Source: TPA_inf: Saccharomyces (taxonomy: Eukaryota). From it: a stretch of 64,000 nucleotides of DNA. The position numbers and the translations under genes were made by a program. A model generated the notes under the pieces. That model was not told the DNA's origin and made no database searches. It saw only the letters and a program-made list of their open reading frames with translations. Below are positions 63,768-64,000 of this stretch, piece after piece. The stretch spans positions 416,001-480,000 of the forward strand of contig BK006947.3 in NCBI GenBank assembly GCA_000146045.2, read 5' to 3'. Numbering within the stretch: the stretch's first letter is position 1; every line of letters starts with the position of its first letter.

Positions 63768-64000
63768 ATGGAGACATACGAGACTAGCATTGGGACTCAG
63801 TCTTATCCCCCGACTTTGTTCCCACCTCCCCTGGGTACCGGTGGGTTTACCACTTCAGGTTATATACATGCGCTTGTGGATTCTACATCGAACTCGAACT
63901 CGAACTCGAACACAAATTCGAACACAAATTCGAACACAAATTCAAATTCAGATACCAAGATTCCTATAGTGCAAATATCGGATGACTCTCATATAACACA
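63768..64000 (+). CDS. NIS1: Nis1, 5' end only (first about 77 codons, runs off the window): METYETSIGTQSYPPTLFPPPLGTGGFTTSGYIHALVDSTSNSNSNSNTNSNTNSNTNSNSDTKIPIVQISDDSHIT.
   Basis: ATG at 63768 with an open frame to the window edge. Position and orientation are those of YNL078W, divergent from TPM1. Not in the ORF track because no stop lies in the window. Confidence 0.72.
   Translation, partial: METYETSIGTQSYPPTLFPPPLGTGGFTTSGYIHALVDSTSNSNSNSNTNSNTNSNTNSNSDTKIPIVQISDDSHIT
63888..63950 (+). repeat. Coding tandem repeat in NIS1: (TCGAAC)x4 followed by (ACAAATTCGAAC)x about 3, encoding SNSNSNSNTNSNTNSNTNSN.
   Basis: Read directly; in frame with the NIS1 ATG. Confidence 0.85.

Noticed and set aside
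63733-63969. 78-aa ORF MQIRLEIQPYRQW...RTRTRTQIRTQIRTQIQIQ.
   Set aside because: An alternative frame of the NIS1 5' coding region. Its RT/QI repeats are the out-of-frame reading of the TCGAAC/ACAAATTCGAAC repeats. The genuine frame begins at ATG 63768.

Overview
This window is a gene-dense core segment of a Saccharomyces cerevisiae nuclear chromosome. Gene order and the translated products match the chrXIV left-arm block from YNL112W (DBP2, 3' end only) through YNL078W (NIS1, 5' end only). I recognise 32 protein-coding genes and one intron-containing tRNA-Leu(CAA); RPS7B is split by a spliceosomal intron. Genes in order: DBP2', CYB5, NOP15, YNL108C, YAF9, INP52, LEU4, MET4, POL1, AVT4, MIC27, OCA1, RAS2, PHO23, tL(CAA), RPS7B, YNL095C, APP1, YPT53, YNL092W, NST1, RHO2, TOP2, TCB2, SNN1, MKT1, END3, SAL1, PMS1, SWS2, EOS1, TPM1, NIS1'. 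Identities come from my own reading of the ORF translations against remembered yeast proteins and synteny, not from a database search; named length matches are from memory. Several ORF-track entries begin at GTG or TTG rather than ATG (YAF9, APP1, NST1, SWS2, YNL092W, RPS7B exon 2), and I re-placed their start codons at the first plausible ATG. I see no prokaryotic-style system (CRISPR, operon, defence island) and no novel gene cluster. Everything I can see is consistent with ordinary, well-characterised yeast chromosome. The most informative observations are strain-diagnostic lesions and alleles: a +1 frameshift in a G9 homopolymer that truncates SAL1 (sal1-1 type) and MKT1 codon 30 = Asp. 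Both fit an S288C-type background, and the window spans the known chrXIV QTL cluster RHO2-MKT1-END3-SAL1. Other points of interest are the split RPS7B gene, MluI-cell-cycle-box (MCB) palindromes upstream of POL1, PMS1 and TOP2, a STRE/G-run cluster upstream of RAS2, a possible Ty delta remnant beside the tRNA, and several coding and non-coding tandem repeats (TPM1 38-aa duplication, NIS1 Ser-Asn repeat, NST1 polypurine tract, T22 homopolymer).
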